32,000 nucleotides of DNA from Methanoregula sp. (GCF_003170075.1 NZ_PMZU01000042.1:10655-42654); one strand, 5' to 3'; shown: positions 7,156-16,565, numbered from the stretch's first letter. Numbers and translations are program-made. Notes: generated from the letters alone by a model not told the origin.

Positions 7156-8271
7156 ATGGTTAGTAGTCTTGAAGAGCAGATAGCTGAACTGGAAGCAGAG
7201 CTGTCAAAGACACCTTATAACAAGGCTACTTCCAAGCATATCGGGCGGATAAAAGCGAAGATCGCAAAACTCCGCGACGAAGCAGTCGCCCGTGCGATGA
7301 AGTCCGGCGGGGGTGGGGAAGGTTACTCCGTCAAGAAGTCGGGCGATGCGACCGCAGTGCTCGTCGGTTTCCCGTCGACCGGTAAAAGCACGCTCCTCAA
7401 CAAACTCACCGGTACCGAGAGCGCGGTGGCCGCGTACTCGTTTACCACGCTCACCGTGGTGCCCGGCGCGCTCGAACACAAGGGTGCGAAGATCCAGATG
7501 CTCGATATCCCGGGACTTATCGCCGGCGCAGCCATGGGCAAGGGGCGCGGCAAGGAAGTCATCGGTGTCGTGCGGAGCGGCGACATCATCATCATTCTCG
7601 TGGACGTCTTCAACGGCAAGCACGTGAACGTCCTCATCAAGGAGCTTTACGATGCGGGCATCCGTATCAACGTCCCAAAACCCGACATCACCATTAAGAA
7701 GACCTCGGTGGGCGGTGTCCGGCTCTCGGCGGTCGGGACGCTTGACCTCGACATCGAGGACGTCCGGTCGATCCTCTCCGAGAGCAAGATGATGAACGCG
7801 GAAGTGCTGATCCGTGGCAACGCGACCCAGGAAGATTTAATCGATGCGGTACAGGGCAACCGTGTCTACGTGCCGGCGTTCATCGCGGTCAATAAAGTGG
7901 ATCTCATCGACAAGGAGGCATACCTCGATATCGAGCACGATATCAAGGACCGGTTCGAAACCTCGCCGATCATGATCTCCGCCCATTCCGGGTACCACAT
8001 GGAGGAGCTCAAGGACGCGATCTACGACTGCCTCGGGTTTATGCGAGTCTACCTCAAACCCCAGAGCGGCGAGGCCGATCTCGAAGAGCCGCTGATCGTC
8101 AGGACCGGGAGTACGGTCGAGACGGTCTGCACCAAGCTCCACCGGGATTTCGTCCGCCGGTTCCGGTATGCCCGGGTCTGGGGAAAATCCGTGAAGCACG
8201 GCGGCCAGCGGGTCGGCCTTACGCACAAACTCCTCGACGGGGATATCCTCACCATCATCATCGAGCACTGA
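7156..8271 (+). CDS. DRG/Obg-family GTP-binding protein with C-terminal TGS domain
   Basis: G1 GFPSTGKST, G3 DIPGL, G4 NKVD. TGS-like C-terminus: VRTGSTVETVCTKLHRDF...GQRVGLTHKLLDGDILTI. Confidence 0.9.
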   Translation: MVSSLEEQIAELEAELSKTPYNKATSKHIGRIKAKIAKLRDEAVARAMKSGGGGEGYSVKKSGDATAVLVGFPSTGKSTLLNKLTGTESAVAAYSFTTLTVVPGALEHKGAKIQMLDIPGLIAGAAMGKGRGKEVIGVVRSGDIIIILVDVFNGKHVNVLIKELYDAGIRINVPKPDITIKKTSVGGVRLSAVGTLDLDIEDVRSILSESKMMNAEVLIRGNATQEDLIDAVQGNRVYVPAFIAVNKVDLIDKEAYLDIEHDIKDRFETSPIMISAHSGYHMEELKDAIYDCLGFMRVYLKPQSGEADLEEPLIVRTGSTVETVCTKLHRDFVRRFRYARVWGKSVKHGGQRVGLTHKLLDGDILTIIIEH

Positions 8272-8374
8272 CCGTCCGCACGGGCGAGAACAGCAAAGAC
8301 CGGCGGGGAATACTGCCGTTTGCAGAGAGAACGAGAACCCCTCACCTTTAAGTGATGTGGATCCTATCCGGTCT

Positions 8375-9523
8375 TCATTCCTTCTGGGATGGGATTTTAC
8401 CTTTTTTATCCGGTGTACCGATTACTGCAAGAAGTGCAGGGAGCGGGGCGTTGGTTTTTACCCCGGTGCCGGAGAAATGGGTACGGCTTGCGGCGTACCC
8501 GGCAGAACGCAGCCGTTCAAGGACGGTCTCAATAGGCAGCGGGGATGTGGCAAGCGACCGGGCAAGGTGATGGTAATCGTAGTGGCTGGAGAGCGGAAGT
8601 TCCTCCCGGCAGACTGTTAGCAGTTTTGTAAGTTCCTTTTTTGTACCCAGGTCGCAGCCGGCAAGCCGGTCCTGCATCTGCCCGAGGATCTCGTCATTGA
8701 CCAGTTTTCCCAGATAAAGCGGGCCGATGGGGTCGAGCGGTTTCTTGCAGTGCGGGCAGGTGGCAGAGGTGGGAAACATCCCGGGCTGCTCTTCCCGGTA
8801 GGCACAGGAGGGGCACTGCATCACAAAGCCGATCTTTGCAATCGTCCGGTCCGCAGCCTGTGCGCCCCGGGTGATCCTGAGGTTTAAGCGGACGAAGTGC
8901 TCCCGGGCAAAGCAGAAGAGCGGTTCGATACCCCGGTCGTATTTTACTGTTTCACGGACGACAAACCCAAGGAGGATACGGAGTCCAACCTCGCTATGGT
9001 ACTCGGTGTTTTGCGGGTGGGCGAAGTATCGGCGGATGCCGGCCCGGAGATGCGCCCCGCAGAGTGGCGCCGTATCTGTGGCTGTCACGAGCAGGAACCT
9101 TCGGCAGCCCCGTACCCCGGCATCCACAAACGGGGCTGGCGTCCCGAACGGGTCAAGGTCGACCGCGTCAAAGGACCGCTCGGACAAAAGGGAACTGATA
9201 TCACGGCAGGTGACCTCGATGGGAAGACCCGAACGGGCCACGTTTTTTTCGATTAAGGGGATTGCCTCCGGGTCCCTGTCGTTGATCGTGACCGGGATCC
9301 CACACTCGTTTGCGACCCGGAGCCCCCGGACACCGGTTGCACCCATCGCGTCAACGTAATCGGATGGTTTGAGTGCCGAGAGGAGAAGGACGGTGGCATC
9401 CCGGTTGAGCTCCATACGGCGGTTAAAAAAGACCGGGGCGGTGCCGGGTGGGAACTGCTCCCGGTTGTCCTGGACCGGGACAAAAAACGTTGTCTTTCCT
9501 TCCGTTGCCTGGATTACGTCCAT
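8375..9523 (-). CDS. trm1: tRNA (guanine26-N2)-dimethyltransferase
   Basis: Characteristic N-terminus FFNRRMELNRDATVLLL...DAMGATGVRGLR, plus a C-terminal Cys4 (CPSC...CPHC). Confidence 0.9.
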   Translation of the reverse strand: MDVIQATEGKTTFFVPVQDNREQFPPGTAPVFFNRRMELNRDATVLLLSALKPSDYVDAMGATGVRGLRVANECGIPVTINDRDPEAIPLIEKNVARSGLPIEVTCRDISSLLSERSFDAVDLDPFGTPAPFVDAGVRGCRRFLLVTATDTAPLCGAHLRAGIRRYFAHPQNTEYHSEVGLRILLGFVVRETVKYDRGIEPLFCFAREHFVRLNLRITRGAQAADRTIAKIGFVMQCPSCAYREEQPGMFPTSATCPHCKKPLDPIGPLYLGKLVNDEILGQMQDRLAGCDLGTKKELTKLLTVCREELPLSSHYDYHHLARSLATSPLPIETVLERLRSAGYAASRTHFSGTGVKTNAPLPALLAVIGTPDKKGKIPSQKE

Positions 9524-9586
9524 TGCGGGAGAGATGTTGAAGCGCGCAAAACTTATACATATTCCCCTGCAATTGGTATGAGCAGT

Positions 9587-9661
9587 GGGCGAGTGGCTTA
9601 GTCCGGATAGAGCGTTAGCCTCCTAAGCTAATGGTCGGGGGTTCAAATCCCCCCTCGCCCG
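9587..9661 (+). tRNA. tRNA-Arg (anticodon CCU)
   Basis: GGGCGAG acceptor paired with CUCGCCC. D stem GCUU/GAGC. Anticodon stem UUAGC/GCUAA with loop CUCCUAA. T-arm GGGGG-UUCAAAU-CCCCC. Confidence 0.9.
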
Positions 9662-9718
9662 TAGGGGCATTTTTTAGGGCAGGTTAATTACCAAACGGCC
9701 AGATACGTGATCCTGCGT

Positions 9719-10558
9719 ATGGGCATTGCAGGATTTTTCAGCATTATCCGGCCGGCAAACTCGGTTGTCGCCGGGCTTGCGGCTGTCGTCGCATACCTTA
9801 TTGCCACCGGCACGCTTGTGCCCGGTGTCATCCTGCTCATGGCCGTTGTTACCCTTATTACCGCCGCCGGGAACGTGATCAACGATTATTTCGATGCGGA
9901 GATCGATGCGATCAACCGCCCGGAGCGTCCCATCCCATCTGGCACGGTAAGCCGGAATTCCGCCCTGGTGTACGCAGGGGTCCTGTTTTTACTGGGTATC
10001 CTGATCAGCGCGTTTACTGTGCCGCTCTGCCTGGCAATCGCCCTCTTTAATGCCTTCCTCCTGGTCGCCTACGCGGCCCGGCTCAAGAGCACGCCGTTTT
10101 TTGGGAATGCCGCCGTCTCGTATCTCGCGGCAAGCATCTTCCTCTTTGGCGGGGCGCTTGCCGGAGGGAACCGACTGCTGGACATGCTGCCGGTTGCCAC
10201 CATCGCGTTCCTTGCCATGCTGGCCCGGGAACTCTTGAAGGATGCCGAGGACATTGACGGGGACCGTGCCGGGGGTGCCGATACCCTGCCCATCCGGATC
10301 GGCGTACAAAAGACTGCCCTCCTCGCATTTGTCTTTGCGATTGCGGCCGTTGCGGCAAGCGTGCTGCCCTATCTCTGGTGGGGGATGTGGTATCTCGCCG
10401 GCATCGCCCTTGTCGACATCATCGTCATCATTGCCGCGTTCAGTGCGCTCGGCTGCACGGATCCCGACCGGCTCAAAGCGGCCGGATCGACCGGCCTTCT
10501 CAAGATCGGGATGTTCGCCTCCCTTGTGGTATTCACGCTGTCAGCCGTGTACCTGTGA
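9719..10558 (+). CDS. UbiA-family prenyltransferase, likely digeranylgeranylglyceryl phosphate synthase
   Basis: NVINDYFDAEIDAINRPERPIP and KDAEDIDGDR Asp-rich motifs, with ~8 TM helices. ATG 9719 is preferred over GTG 9707. Confidence 0.8.
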   Translation: MGIAGFFSIIRPANSVVAGLAAVVAYLIATGTLVPGVILLMAVVTLITAAGNVINDYFDAEIDAINRPERPIPSGTVSRNSALVYAGVLFLLGILISAFTVPLCLAIALFNAFLLVAYAARLKSTPFFGNAAVSYLAASIFLFGGALAGGNRLLDMLPVATIAFLAMLARELLKDAEDIDGDRAGGADTLPIRIGVQKTALLAFVFAIAAVAASVLPYLWWGMWYLAGIALVDIIVIIAAFSALGCTDPDRLKAAGSTGLLKIGMFASLVVFTLSAVYL

Positions 10559-10626
10559 AGTACCGCCACAACAGGGGACAACAACCTTTATGCACAAGGT
10601 CATGCCTCATCTACCTTGATATTCCC

Positions 10627-11040
10627 ATGGCAAACGTCATCCGGAAAGGCAGCACGTATTATGCCCCCAAAGGGTCGTATTACGAAGGCAATGTCAGAAT
10701 TGATGGCGATTTTATCGTTCCCGCGAGGACCCATTTCTGGGGGCGACTTGTCGTGACCGGGAGGCTTGAACTGGGGATGAAGTCAAGTGTTGCCCTTGAC
10801 GTGGAATGCAGGAGCGCGATCATCGGGAGCCATGCCCGGGTCAAGGGCCCCCTCGTTGCATCCGACGATGTTATCCTCCTCGATCACTGCGTAGTCTATT
10901 CGGTACAGGCCGGTGGCAAGGTCATCATCAGGCCCGACGTCCATGTAGGCGACGTAACCAGCAGCGATGCGATCGTTGTTCACGGCAAAATAAAAAGCGG
11001 GAAATTAACCGGCAAGAGCATGAAGGTCATCGGGAACTGA
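10627..11040 (+). CDS. bactofilin-like (DUF583) polymer-forming beta-helix protein
   Basis: Internal ATG of the track ORF. Repetitive beta-helical pattern: GNVRIDGDFIV...GRLVVTGRLELG...VECRSAIIGSHARVKGPLVASDDVILLDHCVV...GKVIIRPDVHVGDVTS. Confidence 0.65.
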   Translation: MANVIRKGSTYYAPKGSYYEGNVRIDGDFIVPARTHFWGRLVVTGRLELGMKSSVALDVECRSAIIGSHARVKGPLVASDDVILLDHCVVYSVQAGGKVIIRPDVHVGDVTSSDAIVVHGKIKSGKLTGKSMKVIGN

Positions 11041-11706
11041 TGCCGGATCGAGTCCCAGCGTTGCAACGTCATAGATATCCTGCCAGTTGACCAGCGTTTC
11101 CACGCACCCTTCCTTTAAGGTCACCACGCCCATCGCAATCAGGCCGATCTTATCGGCCATGTCCACCCCTTCTTTTACCTCTGCCAAGCATCCGACGCCG
11201 ATGATCGCCTTCGGGTGGTATTTTTTAACCATCCGTTTGATAAACGACGATCCCGGTATAATGAAGACCCGGTATCCCATTTTTTCCAGAAGGAGCCGGG
11301 CCTCACCCACCGTACACTGCCCGCAGTTCACGCATTTGAGCCCCTCTGGGGTAAGGTGGGCCGGGCACTTTGCGGATCTCAGGCACTGGGGGACAAAGAC
11401 CGCCCGTTCGGTCAGGGGAACACGGGAAAATTCATTCGCGTTCATCGTGTTGTGGATCTTGATTAAAAACGTGAGCATCTCCTTGTCTTCGAGGCCGAGA
11501 AGACGGAAGAACCCTTTCATGAATCCTTCAAGAAAAACGATACCTGCCTTGATGAGCCGGGGGCAGTACAGGCGCCCTTTTCTTATCGAGTAAAGGGAGA
11601 TGATGACAAGGACAAACGATACGAGGATTGCCCCGAGAACAAAAATAACGGTCGCTTCCCCTATGATATACACAGCGCTGTGCCAGGGGCTGAGATCGAA
11701 TGCCAT
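11005..11706 (-). CDS. DUF116 family membrane-anchored Cys-rich protein
   Basis: N-terminal TM helix, then PQCLRSAKCPAHLTPEGLKCVNCGQCTVGE and IIPGSSFIKRMV...AIIGVGC. ATG 11706 is preferred; the upstream extension overlaps the preceding gene. Confidence 0.7.
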   Translation of the reverse strand: MAFDLSPWHSAVYIIGEATVIFVLGAILVSFVLVIISLYSIRKGRLYCPRLIKAGIVFLEGFMKGFFRLLGLEDKEMLTFLIKIHNTMNANEFSRVPLTERAVFVPQCLRSAKCPAHLTPEGLKCVNCGQCTVGEARLLLEKMGYRVFIIPGSSFIKRMVKKYHPKAIIGVGCLAEVKEGVDMADKIGLIAMGVVTLKEGCVETLVNWQDIYDVATLGLDPASVPDDLHALAG

Positions 11707-11719
11707 GAGAGGTGTCCTT

Positions 11720-12766
11720 TTATGGTTCGTTATTGGATGCAGTGCGTGATAAGAGTGCGCTGATATTGAACGGCGGCCGGACGACGCCCCGTTCGGTGAT
11801 AATCGCGCTGATGAGTTCCATGGGAGTTGCATCGAACGCGAAGTTCTTCACCGGCACGCCGTCCGGGATCAGGGTCCGGTTTCCCATAACCGCGAGTTCC
11901 TCGCGCCCCCGCTCCTCGAGAGGGACTTCCTGCTCTGTCCGGGTGGCATCGAAGGTGGAGAGCGGGGCGGCGACGTAGAACGGGATGTCGTGGTGAGAGG
12001 CGCAGACGGCATGCATGTAGGTGCCGATCTTGTTGAAGACCGCATCTCCCGTGATCCGGTCAGCCCCGACAATCACAGCGTCGATTTTCCCGGTGCGCAT
12101 GATATGCGCCGCTGTGGAATCGGTGATAACCGTGACATCGATCCCGTCCCGGGCAAGTTCCCACGCGGTGAGCCGGGCGCCCTGAAAGAGCGGCCGGGTC
12201 TCGCAGGCGATCACCTTTACTTGTTTCCCTGCCTCCACCGCAGAACGAATCACGCCGAGCGCCGTACCCCACGAGGAGCAGGCGAGTGCTCCTGCGTTGC
12301 AGTGCGTAAGCACAGTGCATTGATCGGAGAGAAGTGCTGCCCCGTAGTTACCGATGGCATGGCAGCAACGGGGATCCTCAATGGCAATTGCCCGGGCTTC
12401 GGCAAGTGCGGCAGTTTTGGCAGAATCCGTTGCGGCCAGAAACCGGGCGAGCACCCGGTCGACCCCCCAACTGAGGTTGACTGCGGTCGGGCGGCTCTCC
12501 CGGATGCGCCCGGCCTCGTGCCGTACCGCCCGGACAAACGCGTCAGACGATGCGCCGGTACAGGTAATTGCCGCAAGGGCGACCCCGTAGCCACCGGCAA
12601 CCCCGAGCGCCGGTGCGCCCCGGATCTCCAGCCGTTTGATAGCGGTGATCAGCCGGTCGACCGTGGTGCATTCTGCAATAACATACTGCGTGGGAAGCAG
12701 TGTCTGGTCAATGAACCGGATCCCCGCAAGCGTATCGTCCCACCAGAGCGTGGTTATCTCCTTCAC
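11720..12766 (-). CDS. eIF-2B/MtnA-family sugar-phosphate isomerase (methylthioribose-1-P / ribose-1,5-bisP isomerase type)
   Basis: WWDD..L.FIDQTLLP N-terminus, RGAPALGVAG, SRPTAVNLSWG, VIVGADRITGDAVFNKIGTY. The GTG start overlaps the upstream stop (GTGA). Confidence 0.8.
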   Translation of the reverse strand: MKEITTLWWDDTLAGIRFIDQTLLPTQYVIAECTTVDRLITAIKRLEIRGAPALGVAGGYGVALAAITCTGASSDAFVRAVRHEAGRIRESRPTAVNLSWGVDRVLARFLAATDSAKTAALAEARAIAIEDPRCCHAIGNYGAALLSDQCTVLTHCNAGALACSSWGTALGVIRSAVEAGKQVKVIACETRPLFQGARLTAWELARDGIDVTVITDSTAAHIMRTGKIDAVIVGADRITGDAVFNKIGTYMHAVCASHHDIPFYVAAPLSTFDATRTEQEVPLEERGREELAVMGNRTLIPDGVPVKNFAFDATPMELISAIITERGVVRPPFNISALLSRTASNNEP

Positions 12767-14070
12767 CGGGATCGCGCCCTTGCTACCGTAGTTTTTTTCG
12801 TGTCAATAAACGCCCGCATCGCCGCCGATTCGCCCGAGGCTACGCTGTCGGGGATATCCTTTGGGGCAATCGCGGTACCTGCCACGTAAATACCCGGCCT
12901 CATCGTGCCCACGGTATCCATCGCGTCGTGCACTGACCGGATAAACCCGGTCTCTTCAAGCTGGAGGCCGAGTTTTCCGGCGAGCGCAGCGGTCGCATCC
13001 GTGGGCTGGATGCCCACCGAGAGCACGACAAGGCCCGGGTGGAGGATCTGCACCTCCCCGGTCTCGGTGTTCTCTACCTGGAACCGCAGGCTGCTACTGT
13101 TTTTGTCGGCAAGCACATCGGAGGGCATCCCCCGCACGAACCGGACACCGACGCCCTTTGCCCGCTCGTAGTACTCCTCATAACCCTTGCCGTAGGAACG
13201 GACGTCCATGTAGAAGATGGTCACCTCGATCTCCGGGTGTTTTTCCCTGATAAGCATCGCGTTTTTTATCGCCTGCATACAGCAGACGCAGGAGCAGTAA
13301 GGCCGGGAGAGGAGTATATCCCGTGAACCCACGCACTGGATAAAGACAATGCTTTCCGGCTCTTTTCCGTCACTTAAGCGTCGGATCTTCCCGCCGGTCG
13401 GGCCGCTCGCATTGATCATCCGCTCGAGTTCGAGGCTGGTAACCACATCGGGGAATTGCAGGTACCCGAGCGGGGACTTTTTCCGGGCATCGAAGACCTC
13501 GTAACCGGTGGAAACGACAATACTTGCGGCCTCGATAACGAATTCCTTTTCCGCATCCTCGTGCAGGATCGCCTGCGGTCCGCAGATATCGAAGCAGAGC
13601 CCGCACTCGATACAGTGCTCCTTGTCCTTAACCACCCGGTCGGGAACCGCCTGGGGATGGGGTTTGTAGATTGCCTTCCGGACACCCACTCCCGCATCGA
13701 ACCGGTTGTAGACCTCGACCGGGCAGATCTCGATACAATCGCCGCAGCCGGTGCAGGCATCCGTGTCGATGTAGCGCGGGTGCTCGCGGATGGTAACCCG
13801 GAAGTGCCCGGCCTCGCCTTCGACTTTTTCCACTTCTGAAAGGGTATGGATCCGGATATTTGCGTGCCGCTGGACATCCACCATTTTCGGTGAGAGGATG
13901 CACATGGAGCAGTCGTTTGTCGGAAACGTCTTGTCGAGCTGCGCCATGTGGCCGCCGATGGTGGGCTCCCTTTCTACCAGGTGCACGATAACACCGTGGT
14001 TTGCGAGATCGAGCGCTGCCTGGATACCGCTAATCCCGGCCCCGATGATGACAACGTTACCCATGGACAT
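12763..14070 (-). CDS. HdrA-like FAD/FeS oxidoreductase (short form with inserted 2x[4Fe-4S] ferredoxin domain)
   Basis: VVIIGAGISGIQAALDLA (FAD), CTGCGDCIEICP and CIECGLCFDICG, CVGSRD and YCSCVCCM motifs. ATG 14070 (MSMGNVV) is preferred; the longer track ORF overlaps the upstream gene. Confidence 0.8.
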   Translation of the reverse strand: MSMGNVVIIGAGISGIQAALDLANHGVIVHLVEREPTIGGHMAQLDKTFPTNDCSMCILSPKMVDVQRHANIRIHTLSEVEKVEGEAGHFRVTIREHPRYIDTDACTGCGDCIEICPVEVYNRFDAGVGVRKAIYKPHPQAVPDRVVKDKEHCIECGLCFDICGPQAILHEDAEKEFVIEAASIVVSTGYEVFDARKKSPLGYLQFPDVVTSLELERMINASGPTGGKIRRLSDGKEPESIVFIQCVGSRDILLSRPYCSCVCCMQAIKNAMLIREKHPEIEVTIFYMDVRSYGKGYEEYYERAKGVGVRFVRGMPSDVLADKNSSSLRFQVENTETGEVQILHPGLVVLSVGIQPTDATAALAGKLGLQLEETGFIRSVHDAMDTVGTMRPGIYVAGTAIAPKDIPDSVASGESAAMRAFIDTKKTTVARARSR

Positions 14071-14551
14071 ATTCCCCGGCGAGCCTGACGTAAGACTGCG
14101 CATTTTCAAGGGTGTGCGCACGCTGGGCAGGGGTGGTCTCCTTGAGCACCCTTGCCGGGATCCCGAGCACGACCGATCCGGGCGGGACCTGCATGCCTTC
14201 GGTGACAACGGCCCCTGCACCGATCAGGGAATCCTCCTCTACCAGTGCGCCATTTAACACGATCGCGCCCATCCCGACCAGCACCCGGTCGCCGATGGTG
14301 CAGCCGTGGAGGATCGCCCCGTGCCCCACGGATACATCGTTCCCGAGTATGGTGGGGAAACCCTTGCTTGTGTGGATGACGCAGTTGTCCTGGATGTTCG
14401 TCCGGTCTCCGATGGTGATCCTGTCCTTGTCGGCCCGGATAACCGCACCAAACCAGATGCCCACATCTTTTCCGAAGGTGACGTTTCCCACCACCGTTGT
14501 ATTGGATGCAGCAAACAGCGGTGTGCCAGCGATCTTCCTATCCATACCCAT
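14057..14551 (-). CDS. gamma-carbonic-anhydrase-like hexapeptide-repeat (LbH) protein
   Basis: Left-handed beta-helix repeats, with VGHGAILHGCTIGDRVLVGMGAIVLNGA typical of the gamma-CA/PaaY/YrdA family. ATG 14551 (MGMDRK) is preferred. Confidence 0.8.
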   Translation of the reverse strand: MGMDRKIAGTPLFAASNTTVVGNVTFGKDVGIWFGAVIRADKDRITIGDRTNIQDNCVIHTSKGFPTILGNDVSVGHGAILHGCTIGDRVLVGMGAIVLNGALVEEDSLIGAGAVVTEGMQVPPGSVVLGIPARVLKETTPAQRAHTLENAQSYVRLAGEYVHG

Positions 14552-14581
14552 AATACTATAGGAACTTAACGTACAGACAGC

Positions 14582-15079
14582 ATGAAGGTTATGGTAGGGG
14601 GCACCTTTGACCCGCTTCACGACGGCCATAAACGGCTCCTGACACGGTCGTTTGCTTTGGCCGGGCCTGAGGGGCAAGTCGTGGTTGGGCTGACGACGGA
14701 CGCTTTTGCCAGAAGAAAAACACACCCGATTCATCCTTTTTCCGAGCGCAAAGCCGACCTTGAGAAGTTTATCACCGAAAGCATCGCCACAAACGCCGCA
14801 GGGAACAAGTATACGACGCACTGGGAGGTCGAGCCGCTCAGCGACCGGTTCGGCTCGGCGCTCGATGCAGATTTCGATGCGATTGTCGTCTCTGAAGAGA
14901 CGCTTCCGGTCGCTGTCGAGATCAACCGGATGCGGCGCGAAAGGAAATTACGCAAGGTGGATATCCACCAGATCACTTGTGTGCTCGCCGAGGACGGCCG
15001 CTGGATCTCGTCCACTCGTATATGGCGCGGCGAGATCGACGTCCATGGCCACTTGATCCCTACGGCAAAATCCGGATAA
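14582..15079 (+). CDS. coaD: archaeal-type phosphopantetheine adenylyltransferase (cytidylyltransferase fold)
   Basis: The N-terminal GGTFDPLHDGH nucleotidyltransferase motif and the ~165 aa size match the archaeal PPAT family. Confidence 0.75.
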   Translation: MKVMVGGTFDPLHDGHKRLLTRSFALAGPEGQVVVGLTTDAFARRKTHPIHPFSERKADLEKFITESIATNAAGNKYTTHWEVEPLSDRFGSALDADFDAIVVSEETLPVAVEINRMRRERKLRKVDIHQITCVLAEDGRWISSTRIWRGEIDVHGHLIPTAKSG

Positions 15080-15135
15080 TAAAACACGGGAAAACAGGAT
15101 GCATCAGGGGCGGGCTATCCTGCACGGACACCCCG

Positions 15136-15630
15136 TCATATGATATAACTGGGCAGGTCTTTTGTAATGACTGAATCGCAGTAAAGGCAGCGCAGGCCTT
15201 TCCCGTCGGGGAGTACCTCGAACCTACTCTTGATCGGCTCGTTTGTCCGGGTGATGCAACCGGGGTTCGGGCACCTTACGCTTCCCACAATCATCGTCGG
15301 GATCTCGACGCCCTGTTTTTCGCAGACCTTGAAGTTCCTGATAATATTGATGGTTGCCCGGGGGGAGATAAGCGCGATCCTGTCCACCTCTTCTTTTGAG
15401 AGCTCCCTGTTGGAGATCTTGACAATGTCCTTTTTGCCCATGTTCCGGCTGGGGACATTGGTCGCGATCGAGAGCGCCTCCGGGGTCGTTCCGACGATTC
15501 CGAGGATTTTTATCACATTGAGCGCCTCGCCACCGTCAATGTGATCGATCACGGTACCGTTTTTGATCCTCCGTACAAGGAGGCCCTCACCCTCGTCATC
15601 GCCGGTCTCTGCGGGTACGATGCGTTTCAT
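15136..15630 (-). CDS. pyrI: aspartate carbamoyltransferase regulatory subunit
   Basis: IKNGTVIDHI motif and C-terminal Zn site CPNPGC...CLYCD. ATGA overlap with pyrB. Confidence 0.9.
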   Translation of the reverse strand: MKRIVPAETGDDEGEGLLVRRIKNGTVIDHIDGGEALNVIKILGIVGTTPEALSIATNVPSRNMGKKDIVKISNRELSKEEVDRIALISPRATINIIRNFKVCEKQGVEIPTMIVGSVRCPNPGCITRTNEPIKSRFEVLPDGKGLRCLYCDSVITKDLPSYII

Positions 15631-16565
15631 CCCATCACATCCAGCAGCATGGCCATCCGCACCGGCACGCCGTTTTTCGACTGCTCAAAGTACCGGGCAT
15701 GGGGCGAGGCATCGAGCCTTGGGTCGATCTCGTCCACCCTCGGGAGAGGGTGCAGGACGATCAGGTGCTTTTTTGCCCCGGCAAGGAGTTCGGGAGTGAT
15801 CCGGTAACTGGAGGCGACGTTGAAGTACGAGGCCGAGTCCGGGAACCGTTCCCGCTGGATCCTCGTGACGTAGAGGACGTCCACATCGTTAATTACCTCG
15901 GCGATATCGGTGTGCATGATGATCTCCATGCCTTTTTCCGCGAGACTTGCGGCAAGGGAGGGTGGCAGTTCGAGCCCGGGGGGAGAGATCGTGTGGAGCC
16001 GGACGCCATAGAGGGAGAGGGCGGAGGCAAGTGAGTGGGCCGTCCGCCCGTACCGCAGGTCTCCCACCAGCGCCACATCGATCCCATCGATCGGCATCGA
16101 ATGCCTGATGGTGTAGAGGTCAAGGAGCGTCTGGGACGGGTGCTGGCCGGCGCCGTCCCCGGCATTTATGACCGGCACTTTTGCAAACTCCGCAGCAAGC
16201 CGGGCCGCGCCCTCCTTGGGGTGGCGGATGACGATCGCGTCCGCGTACCCGCTTACCACCCGGATCGTATCGGCAAGAGTCTCGCCCTTTGACATCGAGC
16301 AGGCCTCGACACTGCTCACCGAGATGGAGGTGCCGCCGAGGCGCGCCATCGCGGCCTCAAAGGACATCCGTGTACGGGTACTGGGTTCAAAAAAGAGGAC
16401 GGCAAGAATTTTACCGTCGAGGGCATTTTTGTTATATTTCTTCTTCTCGATCTGTTGTGCATGATCCAGCAGACGATCGATTGCGCTGCGGTCAAAATCC
16501 CCGATGGAAATGATGTGATGCGTGGCAACTCCTCCCGCGCGAGCTCCTTTCAGGATTATATGCAC
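15627..16565 (-). CDS. pyrB: aspartate carbamoyltransferase catalytic subunit
   Basis: FFEPSTRTRMSF, HPSQTLLD, RYGRTAHS and HPLPR motifs. GTG start. Confidence 0.9.
   Translation of the reverse strand: MHIILKGARAGGVATHHIISIGDFDRSAIDRLLDHAQQIEKKKYNKNALDGKILAVLFFEPSTRTRMSFEAAMARLGGTSISVSSVEACSMSKGETLADTIRVVSGYADAIVIRHPKEGAARLAAEFAKVPVINAGDGAGQHPSQTLLDLYTIRHSMPIDGIDVALVGDLRYGRTAHSLASALSLYGVRLHTISPPGLELPPSLAASLAEKGMEIIMHTDIAEVINDVDVLYVTRIQRERFPDSASYFNVASSYRITPELLAGAKKHLIVLHPLPRVDEIDPRLDASPHARYFEQSKNGVPVRMAMLLDVMG

Noticed and set aside
12763-14220. Selenocysteine or other recoding in the HdrA-like gene, and the long N-terminal extensions of track ORFs (12763..14220, 14057..14821, 2702..3430, 19395..21047, 17684..18331)
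   Set aside because: There are no in-frame stops in the HdrA-like ORF. The extensions overlap upstream genes, are R/P/S-rich, and precede internal starts that give canonical N-termini. They were trimmed.
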